Source: Octopus sinensis (Eukaryota). From it: a stretch of 64,000 nt of DNA. The DNA is taken from the NCBI RefSeq assembly GCF_006345805.1, contig NC_043004.1:105400001-105464000 (forward strand), in the 5' to 3' direction. A program made the translations under genes and the position numbers. This document shows positions 51,096 through 62,874 of the stretch, piece after piece (within the stretch, counting starts at the first letter, position 1; each line of letters opens with the position of its first letter). The notes under the pieces are model-generated. The model did no database searches. It had not been told where the DNA came from and worked only from the letters and a program-made list of their open reading frames with translations.

Positions 51096-51263
51096 ATCCT
51101 ATTATCATTGTATGTGTGCGTGTTAGTAAAGATATAACATTTCCTATCTTCATTATTCAAGTTTCTTTCTAGTTAATTACTAATTCTTCAGAAATTTGAC
51201 TACAAGTATTGAGTACTGTCTTTCTTACTGAATAACCATTCCTACAGCCATCTGCCTCACTCA

Positions 51264-51295
<32 letters not shown>

Positions 51296-51304
51296 GTATA
51301 TTTA

Positions 51305-51700
51305 TATATATATACCCTTTTACTCTTTTACTTGTTTCAGTCATGTGACTGCGGCCATGCTGGAACACCGCCTTTTGTCGAGCAAATCGACCCCAGGACT
51401 TATTCTTTGTGAGCCTAGTACTTATTCTATCAGTCCCTTTTTCCAAACCGCTAAGTTACGGTGACGTAAACACACCAGCATCAGTTGTCAAGCGATGTTG
51501 GGAGGGACAAACACAGACACACATATACATACATATATACGACGGGCTTCTTTCAGTTTCTGTCTACCAAATCCACTCACAAGGTTTTGGTTGGCCTGAG
51601 GCTAAAGTGGAAGACACTTGCCCGAGGTGCCACACAGTGGGACTGAACCCGAAACCATGTGGTTAGTAAGCAAGCTTCTTACCACACAGCCACTCCTGCG
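51305..51700 (-). mobile_element. SINE family A, full-length, close to consensus
   Basis: cttttactcttttacttgtttcagtcatgtgactgcggccatgctgg...gtgggactgaacccgaaaccatgtgg...accacacagccactcc. Confidence 0.9.
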
Positions 51701-52689
51701 CCTACACACACACACACACACACCACACACACACACACACACAACCACACACACACACCACACACATATATATACTTACACAGTATTGAAGTGATACAAG
51801 AGGTATTTGCACAACCTCACCTTAAGCTGTGGCATTATCACTATCAAGGCTAACCCACCCCACCTGTCACAAACATGACCACTTCCATCAATCCACCCTA
51901 CTCACAAACTTCTCCACCACAACCATTTCCAGATAAAACACTGCAATATTTTATACTCTATTCTAACAAAGCACTGTGCATTTTTAGCTCTGCATATGAG
52001 CCATTGTGAGAGCCTCTATGTGGTCACTCAATCTGCCAGAAATAACAACTGAATTGCTTTTAAATCATATTCTATTGTCTTAGAAAGAGAAAGGGGTACA
52101 TTGGAATATATAGTTGTAGACACCCATGTAAAGTTGGGATGGGTGCATATGAAATGATTTTGATCAAATGTCTACTTCATCAGATTTGACATGGGACTAA
52201 ATAATATCAATAATATATCTATCTAGTTATGTCACAGTTATGTTAAACTCATTAACAGCAACAATATCTAATTCTCCAACACTGTCTTTTTGTTATCATA
52301 GTTTAGTTTACCAAAAAAATTACTAATTTCTGGGAGAGGTTTTGCTGAGTCAGGTTTTGCTGAGTAACATGGTTCTTTTTACGATTTTCTTTTTAAACTG
52401 TTTAAATTTATTTTTTTTTAAATTGAAAAACAAAAACAAAAAATTTTTTAAACAGAATAAAGCTTTGTTCCTTTAGAGTATTTATCATTGCCAATTACAT
52501 AGCCAAGACGTAATTTGACTCATTGCTGAGAAGATTTTAAAAGTTGAATTTTTTTCAATTTTACTCTTTAGGACCTCAATGTGTTCAGTGCATATACTAT
52601 ATTACAAGTAATAAACTGCTTATGTATTCTGTTGTTAGTTTGAGTTTTTAGTTCGATGTATATATATATATATATATATACAGATATAT

Positions 52690-52977
52690 ACAGGGTACTG
52701 TCGAGCGAGAGACCAGCAAAGCTGTTTGTAACATGAAACAGACCTGAAGGCAAGAGTTATGGCAGTTATCACCAACTTAAACAAAGAGACTGTCCAGAAG
52801 AGTTGCAGGAGATTCCAAGGTCGTCTGGAGGCCGGGGTTGAAGCCAATGGCGATTTTATTGAATAAATTTACTCTTTAGTATTTCAAGATATTTTTATGT
52901 AATTTTGGTAAATATATCTGTTAATATGAGATGTCAGTTTTGTGTAACTTAGACGACAATATAGTCACTGCACCCTG
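52690..52977 (+). mobile_element. maT-like transposon 3' end (same family as 9547-10416)
   Basis: ...ITNLNKETVQKSCRRFQGRLEAGVEANGDFIE*; ends with TIR cactgcaccctg. Confidence 0.85.
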
Positions 52978-53153
52978 TGTATGTATATGTGTGTATATAT
53001 ATACATATATATTATATATATATTAATATATATATATAAATAATATATATATATATATAGGGGAGAATTCACAAAAAAACAACAAGACAAAGACAGGTGT
53101 GTAGACAACAAATAGATTAATAGTGTGTATATATATATATACATATATATATA

Positions 53154-53194
<41 letters not shown>

Positions 53195-53359
53195 TGCATC
53201 AGTACATATGATGAATATATGCATGTGTGGATATTCACACTCACAAACGCACACACACAACACATACACACACAATCATATGCATATACATATATATAAA
53301 CACACGCATAAATTTGAATGAACAAGAGAAAACAATACCAGTCATGTTTCAAAACAGTC

Positions 53360-53425
53360 ATTCCTACAGCTGTTTCAATATTTCTTATTAAAAAAATTAC
53401 TATAATAAAATTTCATCAGGAAATT
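53360..53425 (-). ncRNA. Type-I hammerhead motif (AU-rich stem II, GUA site)
   Basis: Reverse complement: atttc CTGATGA aattttattatag...taataagaaatatt GAAAC AGCT GTA ggaat. Stem I is 5 bp including one G.U; stem III is the palindrome ACAGCTGT. Confidence 0.6.
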
Positions 53426-53728
53426 GTTTTTAATGAGTTACAAATTTCAATTTTCTCTTTGATATTAGTTGGAGATTCAAGGGTGAGATAAAGGGAAGAA
53501 GTAACAAAGAAAGAAATATAGAAAAAAAAAACAATAGAAAATAAAGAGTTTGAAAATAGCTATGGTGGGAGGTTGTTTGAAAACTGTCCATTATTAATCA
53601 GTCACATAGTTGTATCTTTGTACACTGATCAGACCAATACAATGTCAGCAGCTAATCTTAGTATTGTAGTTAACCAACAAACAGACTGGAGACAGGATAG
53701 CAAGACATAAAAGAACTGTGGCACACAC

Positions 53729-53772
<44 letters not shown>

Positions 53773-53805
53773 AGAGTAAGTGACAGAATAATTAAGATTA
53801 GATTA

Positions 53806-56540
53806 GTGCTCCACCATAGTTTAGCAACTATTATATCGGCCTATGCCCCTCAGCCAGGGCTACCTGATGGACAGAAAGACTGTTTCTATGACACCCTACT
53901 GCAGACCACATCATTGACGAACGACAGGGACCTTCTCTTGTGGCTGGTGACTTCAATGGGCATGTTGGACGACGTGCTGGGGGCTTCCATGGCGTACATG
54001 GAGGCTACGGTTATGGTTCCCGCAACGAGGAGGGAACCAGGCTGCTGGAGTTCTGCGATGCGAATAGTCTTATGATTTGCACACTAACTCAGGAACCCGA
54101 CAAGCCACCTGGTCACCTACCGATCGGGCCGGCATACTAGCCAAATCGACTACATCCTTGCCAGAAAAAGGGAAAGATGGCTGCTTATAAATGCCAAAAC
54201 CTTCCCAGGTGAAGAATGCACCCCCAAACATAGACTGGTAGTTAGTGACTTTAGGATCAGGACAAAGAGGGCGACTAGAAGACGACCAACATGGAGAAGA
54301 AGGGTCTGGAAGCTTAAAGACCTGCGAATGGACAGAGATTTAGAGATATGTTATTTGAAGCCTTACGAAATGGAAGGGAGTATAGCTACGCATGGGGTAG
54401 AAGACAACTGGACGCTTCTGAGGGACAACCTGCTGAAAGCCGCTGACCAGATCTGTGGCTGGTGCAAAGTCCCCTTAAGACCCAAAATAACGTGGTGGTG
54501 GAACAATATTGTTGACAGGGCTATTAGACAAAAGAAACAGGCTTGGAAGGCCTGGAAGAACGGTGGTAGCAGGAAGTGTATCAGTCTGCCAGAAGGGAAG
54601 CCAGGAGACAGGTCTATCTAGCCAGAGGGAAGGCAGATAAGGAAAAATTTGCCAATGTCCTGCGTCGTGAGGATGAAAGACTTGAGGTATTTCGTGTTGC
54701 AAGACAGTGTGTGAGAGAGAATCGTGACGTGGTAGGAGAGAAATGTGTTCGCATGGAGGATGGTTCACTTGCGTTAATGAGGATGCAAAGAGAGAAGCTT
54801 GGAGACGCCACTATGAAAGGTTGCTGAATGAGAAAATGAATGGGATAAAGAGAGTCTGCCGAATGTCGACTCAACAGAGGGACCAGCAATCCGAGTTAAC
54901 AGTTCCTTAGTAGATAAGGCAATTAGAAGCATGAAAACAGGGAAAGCCCCAGGCCCATCAGGAATTACTGCAGAGATGCTCAAAATATCTGGTGGTGTCG
55001 GCTATAGCTTAGTCACCCGTATAGTTAACAGGTGATACACGAGGGGGTCATACCCAATGACTGGTGTAGCAGCATAATAGTCAACTGCTACAAAGGTAAA
55101 GGCGACGCCTAGAGACAAATAACTACAGGGGCATCAAGCTGCTGGATCAGGTAATGAAGGTTACGGAGAGGGTTGTAGCCCAACTAATTAGAGAGAGAGT
55201 TACCTTAGATGATATGCAGTTTGGGTTCGTGCCAGGGAAAAGTACTACTGATGCTATATTCCTGGTAAGACAGCTGCAGGAGAAATACCTAGCCAAAGAT
55301 AAGCCCTTGTACCTGGCTTTTGTTGACTTGGGAAAGCCTTTGACAGGGTCCCCCGGTCCCTTATCTGGTGGTCAATGAGGAAACTAGGGATAGAAGAATG
55401 GTTGGTGAGAGCTGTTCAAGCCATGTACAGAGACGCTGCTAGTAAGGTGAGGGTTGGCAACGAGTACAGTGAAGAATTCCGGGTAGAGGTTGGGGTCCAC
55501 CAAGGTTCAGTCCTCAGTCCCCTCCTATTTATCATAGTCCTCCAGGCAATAACGGAGGAATTCAAGACAGGTTGCCCCTGGGAGCTCCTCTATGCTGATG
55601 ACCTTGCTCTAATTGCTGAGTCACTATCAGAACTGGAGGAGAAGTTTCAGGTGTGGAAACAAGGATTAGAATCGAAGGGCCTTAGAATCAACCTAGCCAA
55701 AACCAAAGTTCTAATAGGAAGGTAGATCAATCACAAACGCCTTCAGGTAGATGGCCCTGCTCGATCTGTAAAAAAGGTGTAGGTAGAAACTCTATAAGAT
55801 GCACCAAGTGTAAGCTATGGACACATAAGAGGTGCAGCAATGTCAAAGGAAGGCTAACTAGGAAAATAGTTTTTGTCTGTGGCAAATGCTCAGGAGCAAT
55901 AAACACTGGAAATATGCAGAGACCAACTTCTGCCACGTTCCAGGGAGACAAACTAGAAGTAGTTGATAGCTTCCGCTACCTAGGAGACCAAGTCAGTAGC
56001 GGGGGTGGGTGTGCTGAAAGTGTAACTGCTAGAGTAAGAATAGCCTGGGCAAAGTTTAGAGAGCTCTTACCCCTGCTGGTGACAAAAGGCCTCTCGCTCA
56101 GAGTAAAAGGCAGACTGTATGATGCATGTGTACGTACAGCCATGCTACATGGTAGTGAAACATGGGCCGTGACTGCTGAGGATATGCGTAAGCTCGCAAG
56201 AAATGAAGCCAGTATGCTCCGATGGATGTGTAATGTCAGTGTTCATAATCGTCAGAGTGTAAGTTCCTTGAGAGAAAAGTTGAACCTAAGAAGCGTCAGT
56301 TGTGGCGTGCAAGAGAGACGGCTGCGCTGGTATGGTCATGTGACAAGAAAGGCTGAAGATAGTTGTGTGCAAAAGTGCTACACCCTAGCAGTGGAGGGAA
56401 CCTGTGGAAGAGGTAGACCCAGGAAAACCTGGGACGAGGTGGTGAAGCACGACCTTCGAACTTTAGGTCTCACTAAGGAAATGTCTAGAGACCGAGACCT
56501 ATGGAAGTATGCTGTGCATGAGAAGACCCGGCAAGACTAG
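53806..56540 (+). pseudogene. RTE-clade LINE ORF2 (APE endonuclease, RT, PHD-like finger, C-terminus), 5'-truncated, several frameshifts
   Basis: APE motifs TIISAYAPQ, AGDFNGHVG, SQIDYIL and HRLVVSDF; RT motifs MQFGFVPGKSTTDAIF, LAFVDL, GVHQGSVLSPLLF and LLYADD; C-terminus MLHGSETW...RRLRWYGHV...RGRPRKTWDEVV; stop at 56538-56540. Confidence 0.95.
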
Positions 56541-58200
56541 TCAGGCCATAACCCGTGGCCCCGACCGGGGACGTAGTCAGTCCTGTGCATACCTTCCTTC
56601 TTGTGACACTTATGAAGACCTGTTGAGGCAAGTGAAAATCAAATCAAATCAAAACAAATCAAAATAGATGAACATCAGTGGAATTGTATTCTTCGTGGTA
56701 CCAGTGCCGGTGGCACACAAGAAAACCACCCAAACGTGGCCGTAACCAGTACCACCGCATCGACTGGCCTCCGTGCTGTGGGCACAACACACACCATCCG
56801 ATCGTGGCCGTTCGCCAGCCTCATCTGGCACCTGTGCCGGTGGCACATAAAAACACCATCCGAAGACCCGGCGACGTAGTCAGTCCACCTGTGCATACCT
56901 CCCTCTTATGACACTTGTGAAGACCTGTTGAGGCAAGTGTGTGACACTTGTGAAGACCTGTTGAGGCAGAGGCAAGTGTGTGACACTTGTGGAGACCTGT
57001 TGAGGCAAGTGTGTGACCCTTGTGAAGACCTGTTGAGGCAAGTGAAAATCAAACCAAATCAAAATAGATGAATATCAATGAATTTGTATCTTTGTGGTTC
57101 CAGTAACGGTGGCACACAAGAAAACCATCCGACGTGGCCGTCGACTGGCCTCCGTGCTGTGGGCACAACAACCCATCTGATCGTGGCCGTTCGCCAGCCT
57201 CACCTGGCACCTGTGTCGGTGGCACAAAAAACACACCACCATCCAAAGACCCGGCGACGTAGTCAGTCCACCTGTGCTTACCTTCCCTCTTATGACACTT
57301 GTGAAGACCTGTTGAGGCAGAGGCAAGTGTGTGACACTTTGTGAGACCTGTTGAGGCAGAGGCAAGTGTGTGACACTTGTGGAGACCTGTTGAGGCAAGT
57401 GTGTGACACGCGTGACACTTGTGAAGACCTGTTGAGGCAAGTGAAAATCAAACCAAATCAAAATAGATGAACATCAATGGAATTTGTATCTTGTGGTTCC
57501 AGTACCGGTGGCACACAAGAAAACCATCCGATCGTGGCCGTTCGCCAGCCACATCTGGCACCTGTGTCGGTGGCACATAAAGACACCATCCGAAGACCCG
57601 GCGACGTAGACAGTCCACCTATGCATACCTTCCTTCTTGTGACACTTGTGAAGACCTGTTGAGGCAAGTGAAAATCAAATCAATCAATCAATCAAATCAA
57701 ATCAAAACAGATCAAAATAGATGAACATAAATGGAATTTGTATCTTTGTGGTACCAGTGCCGGTGGCACACAAGAAAATCATCCGAACGTGGCCGTAGCC
57801 AGTACCACATAGACTGCCCCCGTGCTTGGGGACGTAACAAACACCATCCGATCGTGGCCGTCCGCCAGCCTCATCTGGCACCTGTGTCGGTGGCACATAA
57901 AAACACCATCCGAGCGTGGCCGTCTGCCAGCCTCGTCTGGCACCTGTGTCGGTGGCACATAAAAACACCATCCGAGCGTGGCCGTTCGCCAGCCTCGTCT
58001 GGCACCTGTGTCGGTGGCACATAAAATCACCCACTACACTCTCGGAGTGGTTGGCGTTAGGAAGGGCATCCAGCTGTAGAAACACTGCCAGATCTGACTG
58101 GCCTGGTGCAGCCTTCGGGCTCCCCAGACCCCAGTTGAACCGTCCAACCCATGCTAGCATGGAAAACGGACGCTAAATGATGATGATGATGATGATGATG
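56541..58200 (+). mobile_element. Expanded 3' UTR of the RTE element, ending in a stem-loop and (GAT)n tail
   Basis: Four higher-order units (anchors ~56565, 56868, 57251, 57598), then three 62-nt units (57881, 57943, 58005), the aggaagggcatcc module, cgtcc-aac-ccatgc-ta-gcatgg-aaaac-ggacg and (GAT)n. Confidence 0.92.
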
Positions 58201-58204
58201 ATAT

Positions 58205-58680
58205 ATCATCATCATCATCCTCATCATTGTTTAACATCCGCTTTCTATGCTGGCATGGGTTGGACGGTTTGACTGAGGACTTGGTAAGCCAAATGGCTGC
58301 ACCAGGCTCCAATCTGATCTAGCAGAGTTTCTAGAGCTGGATGACCTTCCTAATGCCAACTAGTCTGAGAGTGTAGTGAGTGCTTTTACATAACACCGGC
58401 ACGAGGGCCAGTCAGGTGGTACTGGCAACGGCTATGAACAAATGGTGTTTTTTACATGCCACCTGCACAGGAGCCAGTTCAGTGGCACTGGCAATGACCT
58501 TGCTCGAATGTTGTCTTTCACATGTAGGAATGAATATTTTGAATGATCACACTTGAATGGTGCTTTTTATGTGTCACTGGCATGGGAGCCAGTCAGTAGC
58601 CCTGGCAACGGTCACACTTGGATGGTGCTCTTAGCGCTCCACTAGCATGGATGCCAGTCAAGCGGTACTGTCACCAAATT
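58205..58680 (-). mobile_element. Older RTE 3' UTR module, tail-to-tail with the preceding element
   Basis: (CAT)n ttgtttaacatccgctttctatgctggcatggg...gagctggatgaccttcc...ttttacatgccacc units. Confidence 0.85.
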
Positions 58681-58721
58681 TTATTTCAATTTCACTATAT
58701 ATATATATATATATATATATA

Positions 58722-58918
58722 CCTGTGCGGGTGGCACGTAAAAAGCGCCCACTACACTCACGGAGTGGTTGGCGTTAGGAAGGGCATCCAGCCATAGAAA
58801 CACTGCCAGATCTGACTGGGCCTGATGAAGCCTTCCAGCTTCACAGATCCCAGTTGAACCGTCCAACCCATGCTAGCATGGAGAACGGACGCTAAATGAT
58901 GATGATGATGATGATGAT
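58722..58918 (+). mobile_element. RTE 3' terminal module inserted in (TA)n
   Basis: cctgtgcgggtggcacgtaaaaagcgcccactacactcacggagtgg...ccatgctagcatgg...(GAT)n. Confidence 0.88.
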
Positions 58919-58979
58919 ATATATATACGAAAGAAGGTTTGAAAATGCAATTTTAAAAGATGTTTATTTACTTTACCAG

Positions 58980-59008
58980 TTTCACTCTTTGGAAAAAGAT
59001 TGTCGAAA
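58980..59008 (+). CDS. Weak candidate 29-nt exon
   Basis: ttatttactttaccag| acceptor and aaa|gtaaca donor; all three frames are open, so no peptide is assigned. Confidence 0.25.
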
Positions 59009-59484
59009 GTAACATGTAGAAGTTTGGTTGTGTTAATTATTGGTTGTTAGAAAATGCTACATTACATATATATAGTCTTTGGTAACAAGGACATGTTAAG
59101 GACATAAAAAAGTTTAACAAGTTCCTTAAAATATTGGGCACAAAAGATTACAACAAGGTGGCAGGTAACATTGTGTAAGTGCTATGGAAGAATGATGTGT
59201 GATAGTTAAATAGCCCCCTTTGAATGTACAGCACATAGAATCTACGTCTCCACACTTTCCATTTGTGATGACAAAATATGACCCTGGACAAGAAGCATTT
59301 CTACCCCTCCCACACACCACTTTCCTTGGATAATGGAACTGCAACCATAACATTTTTATACACTTTTCTTTTTATTTCTACATTCATTCTCCTATTTCCC
59401 TATATACTCTATGTTTGTTTCCTTTTCTAAAATAACTCCTCATATTGAAATCTAATATTTCCCTCTATTTTACCATCACACATC

Positions 59485-59532
59485 GTCTCTGATGAAGGGA
59501 TATCCCTAATATCCCAGAAACAGCTGTAAGAC
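59485..59532 (+). ncRNA. Compact type-I hammerhead motif, GUA site (after 59528)
   Basis: GTCT CTGATGA A GGGATAT cccta ATATCCC A GAAAC AGCT GTA AGAC: stem I 4 bp, stem II 7 perfect bp, palindromic stem III, and A.A at the 10.1/11.1 position. Confidence 0.7.
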
Positions 59533-59601
59533 TAACTTTCTCTTTATAAATATCCTGAAAATTCCACACAGCCTTGGCAATGTTGTCTCATTTTATTTAA
59601 C

Positions 59602-59639
<38 letters not shown>

Positions 59640-60354
59640 GTTTATATATTCAGTTATTCTAAAAGCAATTTAACATTAAACTGAAGAATTACTCAATACT
59701 TTTTGTAGAGTATATATTTATTTTACTTTTGCAAGAATTGAGGTGACAGTGACTTCAAACTTTCAGCCAGCTAACCTTTGTCAGACTGTATATACACATA
59801 TATAAACACACACACATATATTCACAGATACATATAGACACATGCATGAACAAATACATACCAACACAGACATATATATATGTCTTACATTATATCATAC
59901 TATATTATATATGTATGTGTGCGTGTTCTTATAAACTATATAATGATTGTGTTTTGTAAGAATTATTAAAACAGCTGTAGGAATGAATTATTCTGAATTA
60001 TCCCTCGAATTGTTTTCTATTTTTCTTTTAAATGTGCTCTACTCTGTTATGCATTTTATCCTATTTCACAGAATATGCAATGCTGTATATGCTATAATAT
60101 AACTGCTTATTTGTCATGGATACACTGCAGATCATAATATTAGATATGTGTGTGTGTGTGTGTGTGTGTGTACATATTTATGTAAATTTTTGAATGCATA
60201 CCTACACACAAATACTCAAGGGGCATTCAAAAAGTTTTCAGTCTACCTATGAAATAGAAATAAAAGTATTTTTTTCTCTGCTGTCTTGTCATTAAGTTTG
60301 TTAGACTCAAAACTTCTGGAACACACACATACGTATATGCATATGTGTATAAAG

Positions 60355-60418
<64 letters not shown>

Positions 60419-60879
60419 CAGAGACTGAGAGAGAGAGTTTAAACAACATTGTTGTATCATATAAATGAATGATTACAGCTACTGGATAGAGTAAAATATC
60501 TATTAAAACACATATTGACTTTATGGACCCCTTCTGTGAGATAAGAGCTAAACAGAAGAGATAATGGTGTTATGTTTAGAGACCAGGTTGAAGGAATAAG
60601 TGGTTTAATCACAATAATCCACATCAATATTTCCCCTCTTATTTTTTCTCTCAGCATGTTTCATCCAAACCTTTAGTTGGATAGAATTGTTGGACACAAA
60701 AGCCTGTTAACAAAACAGAATCTGACTGGTTGCAAATAAGAAGCTGCAAGTCTCCATTAACAAGAGCTTGAGTGAATGTGACTGTAAACGAAATGTTATT
60801 ATTCCTCTCCAAAACAGAAGATTACATTCACTGCTTTCGCATATTTCATATCTACACACCTACAATACAAATGTAGGTA

Positions 60880-60923
60880 TATATATATATATATATATAG
60901 TATATATTATAATATATATATAA

Positions 60924-60956
<33 letters not shown>

Positions 60957-61307
60957 TTATATATATATATTATATATATATATTATATATAATATATATA
61001 TATATATTATATTATATATATGTATGTATATATGTATATATGTATGTTATATGATATATGTATGTATGTATATATGTATATAGTATGTATGTATATATGT
61101 ATAATGTATGTATGTATTTGTGTGTGTATGTGTGTGTGTACAGTAATGTTAAAGTTGCATAATATCAATAATATATTTTGCATAATGCAAACATCATCTG
61201 ATATAGAACTCAATATGCTCAGTTAGTGGATATACATACATACATACATACATAATACATACATACATATATATATATACATATATAAATATACATATAT
61301 ATATAAG

Positions 61308-61338
<31 letters not shown>

Positions 61339-61353
61339 ATATATTATATATAT

Positions 61354-61387
<34 letters not shown>

Positions 61388-61450
61388 CTATATATATATA
61401 TAATATATATATATTACATATATATATATATATCTCTATATATATATATA
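60880..61450. repeat. (TA)n-dominated microsatellite block
   Basis: Seen directly. Confidence 0.95.
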
Positions 61451-61604
61451 AGTAGTTGAATGAATTATCCTAGTATGGTTAATTCGGTTAACCGATACCT
61501 GGGTAGCAAATTCACGTCAGAAAACACGTGTTGAAGCTACATTATCACTCTGGACTCCGTGTGGGCAGTCATCTAAAGTTTTGTTCGTCATGATGCCTGA
61601 CATA

Positions 61605-61706
61605 AGTTCCTTGTCTTTCCTGATGAGAAGCGGCATAATGCACCCTTTATTCCTTCGGAATTAGGAATATGCAGTCTTCGAAACATATGTCGAGAATAAA
61701 GGAATT
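61605..61706 (+). ncRNA. Full-length type-I hammerhead ribozyme, canonical core, GUC site (after 61691)
   Basis: Stem I has 4 bp (tttc/gaga), a 3x3 internal loop and 8 bp (agttcctt/aaggaatt, one G.U); CUGAUGA at 61620-61626; stem II GAAG/CUUC then GCAUA/UAUGC; GAAAC at 61680-61684, AUAU, GUC. Confidence 0.8.
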
Positions 61707-61766
61707 GTTAATCGTCGTTCAACTCCATTCTTTCATTTATTTATATATATATATATATATTATATA

Positions 61767-61862
<96 letters not shown>

Positions 61863-62070
61863 CATCATCATCATCATCATCATCATATATATATATATAT
61901 GTATATGTATATGTATGTATGTATGTATGTATGTATATGTACACACACAACACACACACACACACAACATATATATATATATATATATACACATACACAT
62001 TTCAATATGTGGACCGCAGTGTATCGTTGGTGATTTTCTTTCTCCGTCTTCCTTTCTTTGAACTTTTTCT

Positions 62071-62105
62071 ATTTCTGATGAAGAGCTCCACTCGAAACGT
62101 AAAAT
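62071..62105 (+). ncRNA. Minimal type-I hammerhead (Penelope-type)
   Basis: attt CTGATGA A GAG ctcca CTC GAAAC GTA aaat. Stem III is reduced to the palindrome ACGU; it lies in a ~200-bp repeat (62005-62210). Confidence 0.65.
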
Positions 62106-62606
62106 TTTCTTTCTTTTCTTTCTTTTCTTAAGCGTCCAATAACACTGTACTTATTCCACATCCTCGCATTGTTGTTTTTTTTCTTGCTTGTTCATGTTTG
62201 GATTGACTATATATATATATATATATATATATGTACCGTCATTTTAACATCCACATTTCCATGGGATGGACAGAATTCGTAGTGACAGAATTTGTTGAGA
62301 TGAAAAATTTTCAATGCTACCTTCTGTCACCAACCTTCTCCAGTTTTCAAGTAAAGTAATATTTTTCCATGAGCAGGCATGTCTTGGAAGACTGGAAATG
62401 AAGGACATCGCTTGCCTAATGCAACTGAGGCAGAGAATTTGTTTTGCTCTGTGAGCATCACATCACTGTGGCCATGAAGCTGGGGTTGCAAGACAAATTA
62501 TCAGCCTCAGCTTCAATAAAAACCATCATGCAAGCAGTGTCCTTTGTTTCAAATCTTTCAAGACATATCAATTGTTCAACATAAAGCAATGTGCATATCT
62601 ATCTAC

Positions 62607-62638
<32 letters not shown>

Positions 62639-62706
62639 GTGACCATGTATGTACCGGGGGATTTTTTTTCCTCTGTCTTCCCTCTCTGGATCTTTCCTTC
62701 TCCTAT

Positions 62707-62740
62707 GTTTCCGACAAAGAGTCCGCTCGAAACATTAAAC
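62707..62740 (+). ncRNA. Decayed copy of the minimal hammerhead
   Basis: gttt CCGACAA AGAG tccg CTC GAAAC ATT aaac, in a second copy of the same repeat (62650-62840). Stem I gttt/aaac covaries with attt/aaat. Confidence 0.5.
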
Positions 62741-62832
62741 CTCCTTCTTTCCTTTTCCTGAGCATCCAATAATACTATATTTGTTCCACGTCCTCGCGTT
62801 GTTGTGTTTTTTGTGCTTTCTTGTTGGATTAA

Positions 62833-62874
<42 letters not shown>

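Noticed and set aside
57881-58030. CRISPR-like appearance of the 62-nt and 33-39 nt arrays
   Set aside because: The units are repeated end to end with no unique spacers, lie in a LINE 3' UTR in eukaryotic DNA, and have no cas genes nearby.
58020-58095. Twister ribozyme in the GGAAGGGCATCC module (CACUGCC and GAGUG/GAGGG resemble twister P2/L1; twisters are known in some RTE UTRs)
   Set aside because: The hallmark L4 loop UCCYAAGC and its P4 stem are absent, and GAGUG is tied up in a local CACUC hairpin. At most it is a relic; an Infernal search with twister models would settle it.
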